32,000 nucleotides of DNA from the NCBI RefSeq assembly GCF_003072485.1, contig NZ_CP025989.1, positions 120,001 to 152,000 on the forward strand. Reading direction: 5' to 3'. The notes under the pieces are model-generated. The model ran no database searches and had not been told where the DNA came from. It was given only the letters and a program-made list of their open reading frames with translations. Source of the DNA: Candidatus Fokinia solitaria. Its GTDB lineage: Bacteria; Pseudomonadota; Alphaproteobacteria; Rickettsiales; Midichloriaceae. Below are positions 1 to 9,962 of this stretch, piece after piece (the stretch's first letter is position 1; every line of letters starts with the position of its first letter). The translations under genes were made by a program, and so were the position numbers.

Positions 1-2
1 TT

Positions 3-758
3 TCTGCGCATGGTGTCAGTAAAGAAGTAGAAGAGAAGGCAAAAGAAAAAAAGTTACGTATTATAGATGCTACATGTCCATTAGTTAAGAAGGTACATAG
101 AAAGGTAGAAACAATATCTACTTCCGAAATGTATGAATTAGTAGTGATAGGATCGGCAAAGCATCCTGAGATTATAGGTACTATAGGACGTATACCAAAG
201 CATATACGATACCATGTAATATCTTCTACAGACGAAGCTGAAAGCCTCAATACAGGTAGTGTCAATATACGATATATTACTCAAACAACTCTTAGTGTAG
301 ATGAAGCACAAGACATAGTAAGTGTTTTAATAAAGCGTTTTCCAAGCATCAAACAAGAGAGTGATATTGATATATGCTATGCTACTCAAAATAGACAGGA
401 TGGAGTAAAAAAACTCGTAGAAGTAGCAGATGTGATCCTTGTAGTAGGATCAGCTATCAGTTCCAATTCCAATAATTTGGTAAAAGTAGGTATGTATCAT
501 GGCAAAAAGACATTTCTTATTGAATCACTTAGCGAATTGGATACTATTCATGAAGCAATTCTGCATGTAAGACAGTATGCAGTCGCGCCTATCAATATAG
601 GTGTTACTGCTGGTGCGTCTACACCCGATGTAAGTATCATTGAGGTGGTAAGTACTTTGCGGAAGCGATATAAAGGAGTAATATATGAGGAGTTGGACGT
701 GCACAATGAAGACGGTATCTCGTTTAAAATATCACATAAATTTTCTAATTCAAAATGA
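3..758 (+). CDS. ispH: 4-hydroxy-3-methylbut-2-enyl diphosphate reductase (LytB/IspH), 5' end outside the window
   Basis: The reading frame is open upstream of the listed Met and reads SAHGVSKEVEEKAKEKKLRIIDATCPLVKKVHRKVE, then VVIGSAKHPEI and GVTAGASTPD. These are IspH signatures (DATCPLVxKVH, GxxAGASTP). Confidence 0.95.
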   Translation, partial: SAHGVSKEVEEKAKEKKLRIIDATCPLVKKVHRKVETISTSEMYELVVIGSAKHPEIIGTIGRIPKHIRYHVISSTDEAESLNTGSVNIRYITQTTLSVDEAQDIVSVLIKRFPSIKQESDIDICYATQNRQDGVKKLVEVADVILVVGSAISSNSNNLVKVGMYHGKKTFLIESLSELDTIHEAILHVRQYAVAPINIGVTAGASTPDVSIIEVVSTLRKRYKGVIYEELDVHNEDGISFKISHKFSNSK

Positions 759-2011
759 ATGATCTTATCTCATTTCTACAGAACCGTGGATTTGTATATC
801 AGTCTACAGATCTGAATGCTACTAGAGAGCTTTTTTCGAATTCCGTTGCTGCGGGATACATAGGATTTGACTGTACAGCAAAATCATTACATATAGGAAG
901 TTTAGTACAGCTAATGCTGTTATCACACGTAAGAAATGCAGGGCATAACGTGATAATAGTGCTAGGTACCGCTACCACTATGATCGGTGATCCTTCTGAT
1001 AAAACGGAGATGAGGCGTATGATGCCATATGACGAAATTGTCAGTAATAAACGTGCTATCAGAGCGAATCTTCTTCATTTTTTTGGAATAGATGAAGATA
1101 GAGATGGTGTTTTTCATCGGCAGGATAAAGGCGATCTCATTATTGTAGATAACAGAGATTGGTTAATGGATGTGAAGTATGTCGAATTTCTAAGAGATTA
1201 CGGTAAGTATGTGTCAATTAATCGGATGCTTTCATTTGAGCACGTCAAAAGAAGGCTTGAGTTAGATCAGCCACTTTCATTTCTCGAGTTTAACTACATG
1301 TTATTGCAAGCATATGATTTTCTCGAGTTGAATAAAAAGTACAATTGTAGTGTGCAGTTTGGTGGATCAGAACAGTGGGGTAACATTGTCGCAGGAATAG
1401 AACTGGCGAAGAAAGTATCTGGTATTGATACAATGTATGGTGTTACAACTCCACTTATTACCAATTCTAGTGGTGTGAAGATGGGGAAAACGGTGGATGG
1501 TGCTGTATGGTTGAATAGCGATATGAAAAGTTCATATGATTTTTGGCAATTTTGGAGAAGCGTGGACGATAAAGACGTAAGGAGATTTATGCAGTTATAC
1601 ACTTATATGAGCTTAGAGGAGATATCTGAAGTTTGTAATGATAATGATATTAATCAGCAGAAGGTTATACTTGCAAATGCTGTAACTACGATCTGTCATA
1701 GCGCAGAAGAGGCAGAGAAAGCACATGAAAAAGCTTCAGCGATATACGAGAAAAAGAATTTCGATGATGTGCAAAGTTTTACTGTAGATTTCTCTAGAGA
1801 TAAAAGTATTCCGTTATGCAATGTGATGGCTTCCACTGGTATTACATCGTCTATAGGTGAGGCTAAAAGACTGATTAGTGGTGGTGGTGTAAGGATAAAT
1901 GGTATCGTTGTTGAAGATGAGTTACATAATTTATCAAAGGAAGATATAGCCACAGAAAAATGCATCATTTCTATAGGGAAAAAACGTTACTTTAAGTTAG
2001 TGGCGAGCTAG
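755..2011 (+). CDS. tyrS: Tyrosyl-tRNA synthetase
   Basis: 418 aa. Contains YIGFDCTAKSLHIGSL (HIGH-like), QFGGSEQWGNIVAG, KMGKT (KMSKS-like) and a C-terminal S4-like domain (GGGVRINGIVVED). Overlaps the ispH stop by 4 bp. Confidence 0.96.
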   Translation: MNDLISFLQNRGFVYQSTDLNATRELFSNSVAAGYIGFDCTAKSLHIGSLVQLMLLSHVRNAGHNVIIVLGTATTMIGDPSDKTEMRRMMPYDEIVSNKRAIRANLLHFFGIDEDRDGVFHRQDKGDLIIVDNRDWLMDVKYVEFLRDYGKYVSINRMLSFEHVKRRLELDQPLSFLEFNYMLLQAYDFLELNKKYNCSVQFGGSEQWGNIVAGIELAKKVSGIDTMYGVTTPLITNSSGVKMGKTVDGAVWLNSDMKSSYDFWQFWRSVDDKDVRRFMQLYTYMSLEEISEVCNDNDINQQKVILANAVTTICHSAEEAEKAHEKASAIYEKKNFDDVQSFTVDFSRDKSIPLCNVMASTGITSSIGEAKRLISGGGVRINGIVVEDELHNLSKEDIATEKCIISIGKKRYFKLVAS

Positions 2012-2192
2012 AAGTATTTTTTTATGGTGTTTTTTCGCCATAGATTATGGTTATTTTTGATATGATGAGTAATAATTATATTTTACATCAACATATTGTA
2101 TTGAATTATTAGTATTATTTTGCTATTATAAAGATGTGTTGATTACGAGGACTCATGTTTATATTTTTTCAGTCTCTACGTGATCACACTTC

Positions 2193-4373
2193 TCATTTTC
2201 CACTATTAATAGTTGAGAATGTTAGTACATCGTCTTGTATAATAAGTACGCTATCTTGTATCTTACTCATATTACGTACCTCTTCAATCGCTTCATTAGT
2301 CAGACCAAGAGATTGTTTATACTTCTTTGGAAAGTGAGCATCTCCTATCAATATTCGCGTTCTGAAGGATTTTAAAATAGGATTTTTATTATGAGTTGAT
2401 CTGTATATAGCTTCTTTATTATTTAAATCTCCAATTATAAAAAGATTACACAATAACATTTTCTTTAAGAGAGCTTTGACCATCTCTTCAGCGAACGGAT
2501 GCGCTAAAAGCGGAGATAGCTCTGATATATAAATTGCTTTTGGCGTCGTATTCTTTTCATATACATTACATAGTTCACTCAATGTAATATAAAGAAATAT
2601 AAATCCTATAGTTGCAGTTTCCGATAGTAGTGATTGCGGCATTTCTAGTATAGCTATATTACCACTCTTAATTTGTTCGGTAATATCTTTTATTAAGCTA
2701 TAGTATTCTAAAAGTTTTAAATAGCATTTCTTAGTATTTTCACTTGCATTATCGAATAATTTACGCAACTCCTGCTCTTGAGTTGTGTTAGAAAGCGCAG
2801 TATGTATCTGTTTTATTGTATCATCTTGTGAATCAATTTCATAAAGATCCATATTTTGAAAAATTAAAGAAATAACAGACTCTAAGTAATCACCTTGAAA
2901 ATATCTCTTTATCAGTTCTACCATCTGCAAGTGTGACACATTGTTGTTCACATGAGGTTTATCTGTAAAGCGTAAAAAAAGTGAATTAATTTTATTATTT
3001 GCAATATATTCTTTTATTAAATTTTTTAAATTTGAATCACTAATTGCAGTAGGTGATTTCACGATTACTGTATGTTTTACCTTATCATGTGACAATATGT
3101 CGAAGAAAAACGGCTGTTGCGTCTTAATGTTTTTCAGAATCGCTAGTGGCACTCCAAATTTTGTACCATTATAATTACCGACTTTTTGTGAAATTATACT
3201 TCCTAATAGTATAGAATTGCTAACAGGGCTGAAATTTGCTCTATGTAAGTATTGTGAGTTGCCTGGAAAAGAAGAAAGAAAATTGCTTATATTATATAAA
3301 TCTTCTTTCAAAGTAGTTACGCCTAACGAAGCAAGTTTAGTATGAATTTTTGTCAATTTATCTTGCAACTCTTCTTTGTTTTCTCCATATGCAATAATTG
3401 TGATCTGAATCATGCAACATCCTCCTTTATCTCGTATTTCATCTATGGTTTGATTGATAGATGATATTTCCATCATTTTTGTAGATTGCGTGATTTTATA
3501 AAGATTCTGTAAATTCGTTAGAAAAGCAGAATATTCTTGATATTGTTCAGGAAATATCAATCTTTCGCAGATAATAAAATTTGTATCGATCTCTAAGATC
3601 GTATTGATGTGCTCTTTATGTAAAGGGTAAGGATATTTGAAATTAAGAGTTGATATATATCGCTTTTGAAATATATCGGACTCAATTACGATGTAATCTA
3701 AGTGATCGCTAATTCGTGCTCTACTATCGTATAGTGCATCATTATGTTCGAGGTAATGCGGAACATGCTGAGAGGTTAAGAGATAATTGAGAAAAGTCAT
3801 TAATTCAGACTCTTGATAATTATTATATTGTTTTAATTGTAACTTCTTCGGTTTGTAAATGGATATTGCCTCCGTGAGTTTTGACATTATTTCCGAGAAT
3901 TGTTTGTATTGTCGCTCGAATTCTTCCGTTACTGTTTTTTTATATAGCAGTAATTTCGCTCTATTTACTAATTTATTGGTACTAAAAACGTTTCTAATGC
4001 CTTTATGTACTACTACAATATGCAGACTATTCCATAATGCGTGATCAAATTGACAGTTTTTACTAATAGTAGTAGGAAGTACAGTGCCGGCATTTTTATA
4101 TACCAATTGTATTAAATCTTTATAATCTCTTACTAAATAAATATATATCGCAATATTTTTTTTATATTCTAATTCTAAACTATGAAGCATGCTATGCACA
4201 CGAGTTTTGAGATCTGTCTCTCCTTGTTCGAATGGTGAAGACTCTTCTATGCTGATAGCTTGTACTAATTCTCCTTCTTTAGTAAGGATGATTTCATCAG
4301 AGATTTGCCCTATAATTGAGTATAATTCCTCAAGTTTTGACTCTTTTATAGTATTAAAAGCTTTATTTTGCAT
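2193..4373 (-). CDS. Diverged VirB4-family protein (rvhB4-II/VirB4b-like) lacking a recognisable Walker A
   Basis: 726 aa. The N-terminal pattern (GELVQAISIEE..FEQGETDLKTRVHSMLHSLE..IAIYIYLVR) and the C-terminal pattern (KSLGLTNEAIEEVRNMSKIQDSVLIIQ) resemble VirB4. The segment KHTVIVKSPTAISDSNLKNL aligns with GHTMIIGPTGAGKTVMLNFL of the neighbouring VirB4 but has no GKT. Confidence 0.75.
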   Translation of the reverse strand: MQNKAFNTIKESKLEELYSIIGQISDEIILTKEGELVQAISIEESSPFEQGETDLKTRVHSMLHSLELEYKKNIAIYIYLVRDYKDLIQLVYKNAGTVLPTTISKNCQFDHALWNSLHIVVVHKGIRNVFSTNKLVNRAKLLLYKKTVTEEFERQYKQFSEIMSKLTEAISIYKPKKLQLKQYNNYQESELMTFLNYLLTSQHVPHYLEHNDALYDSRARISDHLDYIVIESDIFQKRYISTLNFKYPYPLHKEHINTILEIDTNFIICERLIFPEQYQEYSAFLTNLQNLYKITQSTKMMEISSINQTIDEIRDKGGCCMIQITIIAYGENKEELQDKLTKIHTKLASLGVTTLKEDLYNISNFLSSFPGNSQYLHRANFSPVSNSILLGSIISQKVGNYNGTKFGVPLAILKNIKTQQPFFFDILSHDKVKHTVIVKSPTAISDSNLKNLIKEYIANNKINSLFLRFTDKPHVNNNVSHLQMVELIKRYFQGDYLESVISLIFQNMDLYEIDSQDDTIKQIHTALSNTTQEQELRKLFDNASENTKKCYLKLLEYYSLIKDITEQIKSGNIAILEMPQSLLSETATIGFIFLYITLSELCNVYEKNTTPKAIYISELSPLLAHPFAEEMVKALLKKMLLCNLFIIGDLNNKEAIYRSTHNKNPILKSFRTRILIGDAHFPKKYKQSLGLTNEAIEEVRNMSKIQDSVLIIQDDVLTFSTINSGK

Positions 4374-4468
4374 ATCATGAAGCTTTTTATATATAGGCTG
4401 TCATTTTTTTATTGCATGCACAAGAGAATTTTCCTCTAATTATTAAAGACGAGTAAAGTTCCTTCAAT

Positions 4469-4759
4469 ATGAACGGTCAGATAAGAGCTGATTCACTTTT
4501 CTTAGGTCTAACGCGCCCTACCTTGTTATTTGGCGTTAGCTATGTATTTGCGATAGTAAACGTAATGTTATGTTTTTGCTTATTCGCTGCTACTCACGAC
4601 TTTAAGTTTATCTTCGGTATCATTCCAATGCATGGCGTAGGATACTATTTCTGCTCTAAAGAACCGCTATTCATCGAATTATTTCAGGTCAAGGTCAGTA
4701 AATGCATGAGAAGTAGAAACAGAATGTACCATGGCTGTAACTCATATGATCCTAATTAA
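4469..4759 (+). CDS. virB3: Type IV secretion system protein VirB3
   Basis: 96 aa with the short VirB3 architecture: LFLGLTRPTLLFGVSYVFAIVNVM, then KEPLFIELFQVKVSKCMRSRNRMYHGCNSYDP. Lies directly before virB4. Confidence 0.85.
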   Translation: MNGQIRADSLFLGLTRPTLLFGVSYVFAIVNVMLCFCLFAATHDFKFIFGIIPMHGVGYYFCSKEPLFIELFQVKVSKCMRSRNRMYHGCNSYDPN

Positions 4760-4768
4760 ATATCTTCT

Positions 4769-7165
4769 ATGTTTAAATTTTTCCCTGGAAAGGCGCCTAA
4801 CTGGACGGTATTTAGCAATGAGTATCAAGCAAGCGGCTTTATAAAATATACTAATCATTTAGATCAGGAAACTGTTATTACGGATGATAATTCTCTCATA
4901 AAAGTTATAAGCTTATCTGGTTTTCCATTTGAAACAGCAGATGATGAAGCCTTAGATTCTAAAAAAGACATCAGAAATAGCTTATTTAAAGGCATGGCAA
5001 ACGAAAATATCGTTCTGTACTTCTATGTCATTCGCAGTCTTTCGAAAGGACTTGAGATGAGTTCTTACTCTAGTATGCCGGAGGGTTTTGCGATGCTATT
5101 GGAAAAAAAATGGCAAGAAAGATATAGGCATTACGATGCTTTCGTGAATGATATATATGTCGCAGTAGTAGTATCAATAAAAAGCTCAGGCTCCGTTTTA
5201 GATAAAATTACTGGAAATGTAGAAGATAACTTTAAACTTAGAGTCGCAGAAGCTTACGAGCAACTTGATGATGCAACAAAGCGTATAGTGAATACGCTGA
5301 AGGACTATAGTCCAAGAATATTAAGCATCAAGGAAAAGAATGGTAGCTACTATTCAGAACCTTTTTCATTCTTTTCAAGAGTGATAGATGGAGATCAGAA
5401 AACAGAGATTTTATATGTTTTAGATAATTTAGGGAAATACGTAGTTAATAAAAGGCTAAGTTTTAAAAAGAGACATATAGAAATAAAGCAGAATAATAAC
5501 ACTACAAAGTATGCTGGAGTTGTAAGTTTAAAAGAATACTGTCCAAGAACTTGGTCAGGTATTATGGATCGTTACTTAAAATTGCCATTTGAATTTATAA
5601 TTACGCAATCTTTTAAATTTACCAATAAGCAGATGACGATTGGTAAAATGCAGATTCAACAAAATAGGATGATTCAAGCGGAGGATAAAGGATTATCGCA
5701 GATAGTTGAGATTACGGAAGCGTTGGATAAAGCTACTACTGGCGCTATAAGCTTTGGACTGCATCATCTTACCATCACTTGTTTTGGAGAATCTTCGAAG
5801 CAACTAGATGATAATATATCCATAGCGCTTGTAGAGTTGAGTAATATCGGTGCAGTAGGTGTTAGAGAAGGAGTAAACATGGAGCCTGCATTTTGGGGGC
5901 AGTTGCCTGGAAACATAGAGTTTATAGTTCGTAAATCAATAGTTAGTACTTATAATATTGCGGGATTCTGTTCGATGCATAATTATCCTAGAGGAAAGCT
6001 TAGAAATAATCATTGGGGAGATGCAGTAACTGTATTAGATACGACATCCGGTACTCCATATTATTTCAATTTTCACTTACGTGACGTTGGACATACGATG
6101 ATCATCGGACCAACTGGCGCTGGAAAAACTGTAATGCTTAATTTCCTTGCTGCGCAAGCGCAGAGATTTAAAACTCGTCTTTTTTTCTTTGATAAAGATA
6201 GAGGTGCAGAGATCTTCTTAAGAGCTTTAAATGGAAAATATACGTTAATTGATCCAGGTAAATTTTGCGGCTTTAACCCTTTGAAACTGCCTTCTAATGG
6301 CGAGAATAGAGCATTCTTACTTGAGTGGTTACAGCAACTAGTCACATCCAATGGAGAAACGGTTACAGCAGAAGATATTTCCAAATTACAAAGTGCTATA
6401 GAAGGAGCTTATAAGCTTGCGCCGGAAGATAGAAAACTTTCTAATATAGCGCCTTTTCTTGGCGTAAGCGGCCCTGGTACATTGGCGGGACGTCTTGAAA
6501 TGTGGATAGGAGAAGGTGCGTTAGCAAAGGTATTTGATAATAGCGATGATGTTGTGGATTTTACAGATGCGAGTGTATTTGGATTTGAAATGGCAGAAGT
6601 ATTGAGAAACAAGAAAGCACTTGGTCCTGTACTGCTATATCTCTTTCATAGGATTAACATTTCTTTGGACGGCGCACCTACAATGATCGTACTGGATGAG
6701 GCATGGGCTTTGATAGATAATCCTGTATTCGGACCTAAAATCAAAGATTGGCTGAAAGTTTTGAGAAAGTTGAATGCTTTTATAGTATTCGCAACACAGA
6801 GTGTAGAAGATGCGACGAAAAGTGCCATTAGTGATACATTAGTTCAGCAAACTGCTACGCAAATTTTTCTTCCTAATTTAAAAGCTACCGACGTGTATCG
6901 TACGGTGTTCATGCTTACTGAACGAGAATATAATCTCATTAAAGCAACTGATCCAGGAAGTCGATATTTTCTCATAAAACAAGGTAATGATGCAGTAATA
7001 GCGAAAATAGATCTCAGTGGAATGGATGATGTAATTTCGATATTATCTGGCAGAGCGGAAACAGTGTTGATATTAGATTCAATTATCGCTAAATACGGTG
7101 CCAATCCTGAAATTTGGCTTCCAAAATTTCACAAGCGATTAAAGGAAATGCAAGACAATGAATAA
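4769..7165 (+). CDS. virB4: Type IV secretion system ATPase VirB4
   Basis: 798 aa. Walker A GPTGAGKT at about 6107-6130. Walker B APTMIVLDEAWALI, plus FATQSVEDA and LPNLKATDVYRTVFMLTEREYNLI typical of VirB4/TrbE/CagE ATPases. Confidence 0.97.
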   Translation: MFKFFPGKAPNWTVFSNEYQASGFIKYTNHLDQETVITDDNSLIKVISLSGFPFETADDEALDSKKDIRNSLFKGMANENIVLYFYVIRSLSKGLEMSSYSSMPEGFAMLLEKKWQERYRHYDAFVNDIYVAVVVSIKSSGSVLDKITGNVEDNFKLRVAEAYEQLDDATKRIVNTLKDYSPRILSIKEKNGSYYSEPFSFFSRVIDGDQKTEILYVLDNLGKYVVNKRLSFKKRHIEIKQNNNTTKYAGVVSLKEYCPRTWSGIMDRYLKLPFEFIITQSFKFTNKQMTIGKMQIQQNRMIQAEDKGLSQIVEITEALDKATTGAISFGLHHLTITCFGESSKQLDDNISIALVELSNIGAVGVREGVNMEPAFWGQLPGNIEFIVRKSIVSTYNIAGFCSMHNYPRGKLRNNHWGDAVTVLDTTSGTPYYFNFHLRDVGHTMIIGPTGAGKTVMLNFLAAQAQRFKTRLFFFDKDRGAEIFLRALNGKYTLIDPGKFCGFNPLKLPSNGENRAFLLEWLQQLVTSNGETVTAEDISKLQSAIEGAYKLAPEDRKLSNIAPFLGVSGPGTLAGRLEMWIGEGALAKVFDNSDDVVDFTDASVFGFEMAEVLRNKKALGPVLLYLFHRINISLDGAPTMIVLDEAWALIDNPVFGPKIKDWLKVLRKLNAFIVFATQSVEDATKSAISDTLVQQTATQIFLPNLKATDVYRTVFMLTEREYNLIKATDPGSRYFLIKQGNDAVIAKIDLSGMDDVISILSGRAETVLILDSIIAKYGANPEIWLPKFHKRLKEMQDNE

Positions 7166-9962
7166 AATCATTTCATGCTTGCGGAAATTACTCTTAATAT
7201 TTCTTTTAGCATCGTCATTTAGTGTAGTGGAGATACCTAAAGCTGAAGCTACTATCAGATACAGTGGAGTGCTTCAGTTTATGAATCAACCACTGATATC
7301 GGATAGCTCATTCTATCACTTTATAATGTCTTTGATAGGAGTAGTTCATAGCTGTTTATTGGAAAAGCCTCTTTATCTTACAGAGCAAGAAGTGCTGAAA
7401 AATACATGCATACCGTATGCGATAATGCAAAATCAAAGCTTTTGTCAGAATAGCAAATCTCTACTGACTACGAGATCGATGCTTACTTCGTCACTATTAA
7501 TCCCTTTAATCATTGGTACTCTTACTGCGATAGCTATTCCTGGAGTAGGTGAAGTGGTACTTGCTGCTGTCGGCGGATTAATAATAGAGCTGTGTAATAT
7601 ATGTGCCAATTATTACGTTAATGTTCCATCGGATCTTGCAAATTTTGCTGTAGGTGCAGAATGTAGACAAAATACTAGTACAAAGCAATATAATTTCTAC
7701 TCCACTGGTAGCGGACTTTACTCAGCTTTTGATATTCCATTTTTGTATCAATGTAATTGCGGTATGCAAGCGTTAATTGCGAAAATCAATATCGCAGACC
7801 TTACCGCAAGTGATATGGAAAAAATGTATGGATGCATGGATGGTATGCCGCAGTGTATGAATCCTAAGTTACGTGCATTACCGGCAAAGATCGCTAGTAT
7901 GTTGCAGCCAGTTGCAGATATCTCAGGTAGCTCTACTTTTGCACTACCTCAAATAATAATAGTGAGAAATGTCGATATTCCGATATGGGATCTAGGAAAA
8001 CGTAAAAAAAGAAATACTAATGCTCCTTGTCCATCTCCTGGAATAGGAGATCAGACGATGCTATTGACATACGAGCAGATTAATAGCGCGTATAAAACAA
8101 AGGACAAAGTAGGCGCTTATTTCAGTATGGCACGTGGACGTATTACATTACGTGCGGTGAAAATGGCAGGATATGGATTACCTCCAGTGATTATCGGTGA
8201 AACTACAGTCTCTCCTCCAGTAGAACTACCAAACGTAAGTGATAGTCTGACGGCTTTTTTACAAGACACCATATGTATGACGTTTCTTACTGGTAGAGTT
8301 GATCTTAACTCTCTTGGAGTTGGAATGCAAAGTAGTCAAGGATCCACAGATAGTACAAATTCGGTAATTATGTTCTTATCATCGGATTTTCATATTTTAA
8401 GTACAGTAGTTGGCTGTATACAGACAATTTTAATTAAGATTTTTGTTAATCCTACAAATCCTGAAGAATCATTCCTCGCAATAGTACAAGCGCAATTTAC
8501 GAATGCATTTTTAGTAGTGGTCGTATTGTATATGGTATTTGTAGGCTTTAACTTACTAATACATCCAGATCATCTTACAAGAGGGCAAGCATTCGGATAT
8601 TTGGCAAGATTAGTAGTAGCATGGTACTTCGGTATTGGAAGTGTATGGTTTTATATACCATACAACAGCATGACTAATGTTGCTGATGAACGGCAAGGCG
8701 TTGGACTGTATGAAGTAATACTGAATGTCATGAATGGTATTGCGAATATATTCATGCAGTCGGTAGAGCTAACAGATCCGATGAAGTGGTGTACTTATGC
8801 TCTTCCAGGTACGAATAACAGAAATTTACTTGGCCCTAATAGAATAGCCGTAGGTGCTAACGCTACAACTGTATCGGCTGAGGTAAGTAATGTAAGTGTC
8901 TCAAAAAGCACAACTACTGCGAATACCTCGGCAACTGTTACGCCTGCTTTAACGAATTTTAACGATATAACTGATAAAATAGCACCAGATCAAGCGTTGT
9001 ATCCTACTCCAGTACCATACCTTGGTAACGGTCAATATATATATCTTAGTGTATGGGATTTTATAGATTGCTCTTTAGCGGTATTAATGAGTTTTGGCAC
9101 TTGTCAATACTCTTTATTGCAGATGCTAGTTTTCATTTTTGTGAGTGCAGGATTGCTTGCAGGTGTTAACGGATTCATATTGAGCATTGTTACTTTGATA
9201 TACCTTATCTTCTTACTAAATGTGATATTTAAGTTTACTCATATGTTTATCTTATCAATGCTTACTATCACTGTACTTATATTATTAATGCCGATTTGGT
9301 GCGCATTTTACCTTTTTGAACCTACAAGAGATATATGTCAGCATGCTACGAAGCTTATCATAGGATATACTCTATATCCTGGCGTGCTGTTTGCACTGAT
9401 TGCTTTGTTTCTCACATGTATGAATTCAATTTTTTATGGTGTATCTCCAGCGCAGATTACAGCGGCAACGACCTCTAGTGGAACAAATGAATTATCATTG
9501 AATATGACTGACTTATGCAACGGCATCAGTTCAGTCTTTTGTGCAATGTATAATGTAGCGCAAACTAATAATTCACACAATATTGGAATAATAGCGAACA
9601 CTCAAGGAAGCATAATAAATATTATGGAAAATTGTGCTGCTTCTCCATCTCAAGCTGTAGCACCCTTTGTTACTAGTATACAGATTTTTCTTTTTACTCT
9701 TACGCTTTTAAAGCAAAATGCCGTAGGACAGCTGCTAGTACCTATGTTTAATATGATGCTAATGACAATGCTGTTTTACTATTTTTCAGATTCTATGGTT
9801 ACCTTCGTAGAAGGGCTTACTGGAGTAGCGTCGCTAAATGAGACTGCGAAAGGCAGCTTATCAGCAGAGGAGACTATGGGAGGAGTGGGTAGTATAAGTG
9901 GTGTTGCCCTTAAAGCGCCAAGCAAAACTGTTTCCTTCTTAAACGATCTAATTCGGAAATGA
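7158..9962 (+). CDS. virB6: VirB6/TrbL-family T4SS inner-membrane channel protein (first paralog)
   Basis: 934 aa. Signal-peptide-like N-terminus (LRKLLLIFLLASSFSVVEIPKAEA). Multiple hydrophobic segments with the VirB6 core (YMVFVGFNLLIHPDHLTRGQAFGYLARLVVAWYFGIGSVW). Overlaps the virB4 3' end by 8 bp. Confidence 0.88.
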   Translation: MNKIISCLRKLLLIFLLASSFSVVEIPKAEATIRYSGVLQFMNQPLISDSSFYHFIMSLIGVVHSCLLEKPLYLTEQEVLKNTCIPYAIMQNQSFCQNSKSLLTTRSMLTSSLLIPLIIGTLTAIAIPGVGEVVLAAVGGLIIELCNICANYYVNVPSDLANFAVGAECRQNTSTKQYNFYSTGSGLYSAFDIPFLYQCNCGMQALIAKINIADLTASDMEKMYGCMDGMPQCMNPKLRALPAKIASMLQPVADISGSSTFALPQIIIVRNVDIPIWDLGKRKKRNTNAPCPSPGIGDQTMLLTYEQINSAYKTKDKVGAYFSMARGRITLRAVKMAGYGLPPVIIGETTVSPPVELPNVSDSLTAFLQDTICMTFLTGRVDLNSLGVGMQSSQGSTDSTNSVIMFLSSDFHILSTVVGCIQTILIKIFVNPTNPEESFLAIVQAQFTNAFLVVVVLYMVFVGFNLLIHPDHLTRGQAFGYLARLVVAWYFGIGSVWFYIPYNSMTNVADERQGVGLYEVILNVMNGIANIFMQSVELTDPMKWCTYALPGTNNRNLLGPNRIAVGANATTVSAEVSNVSVSKSTTTANTSATVTPALTNFNDITDKIAPDQALYPTPVPYLGNGQYIYLSVWDFIDCSLAVLMSFGTCQYSLLQMLVFIFVSAGLLAGVNGFILSIVTLIYLIFLLNVIFKFTHMFILSMLTITVLILLMPIWCAFYLFEPTRDICQHATKLIIGYTLYPGVLFALIALFLTCMNSIFYGVSPAQITAATTSSGTNELSLNMTDLCNGISSVFCAMYNVAQTNNSHNIGIIANTQGSIINIMENCAASPSQAVAPFVTSIQIFLFTLTLLKQNAVGQLLVPMFNMMLMTMLFYYFSDSMVTFVEGLTGVASLNETAKGSLSAEETMGGVGSISGVALKAPSKTVSFLNDLIRK

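Noticed and set aside
1294-1602. Antisense ORFs within tyrS (1294..1602 and 1696..1968)
   Set aside because: Opposite strand of the clearly assigned tyrS, with no motifs of their own.
2015-2060. Possible terminator after tyrS (tggtgttttttcgcca)
   Set aside because: The stem is only 5 bp including a G-T pair and is not followed by a clean T-run. Too weak to list.
2155-2337. Plus-strand ORF of 60 aa
   Set aside because: Overlaps the 3' end of the minus-strand VirB4-like gene and has no family resemblance.
6073-7104. Four minus-strand ORFs (6073..6384, 6409..6612, 6646..6828, 6844..7104) opposite virB4
   Set aside because: They mirror the conserved ATPase coding sequence and are shadow ORFs.
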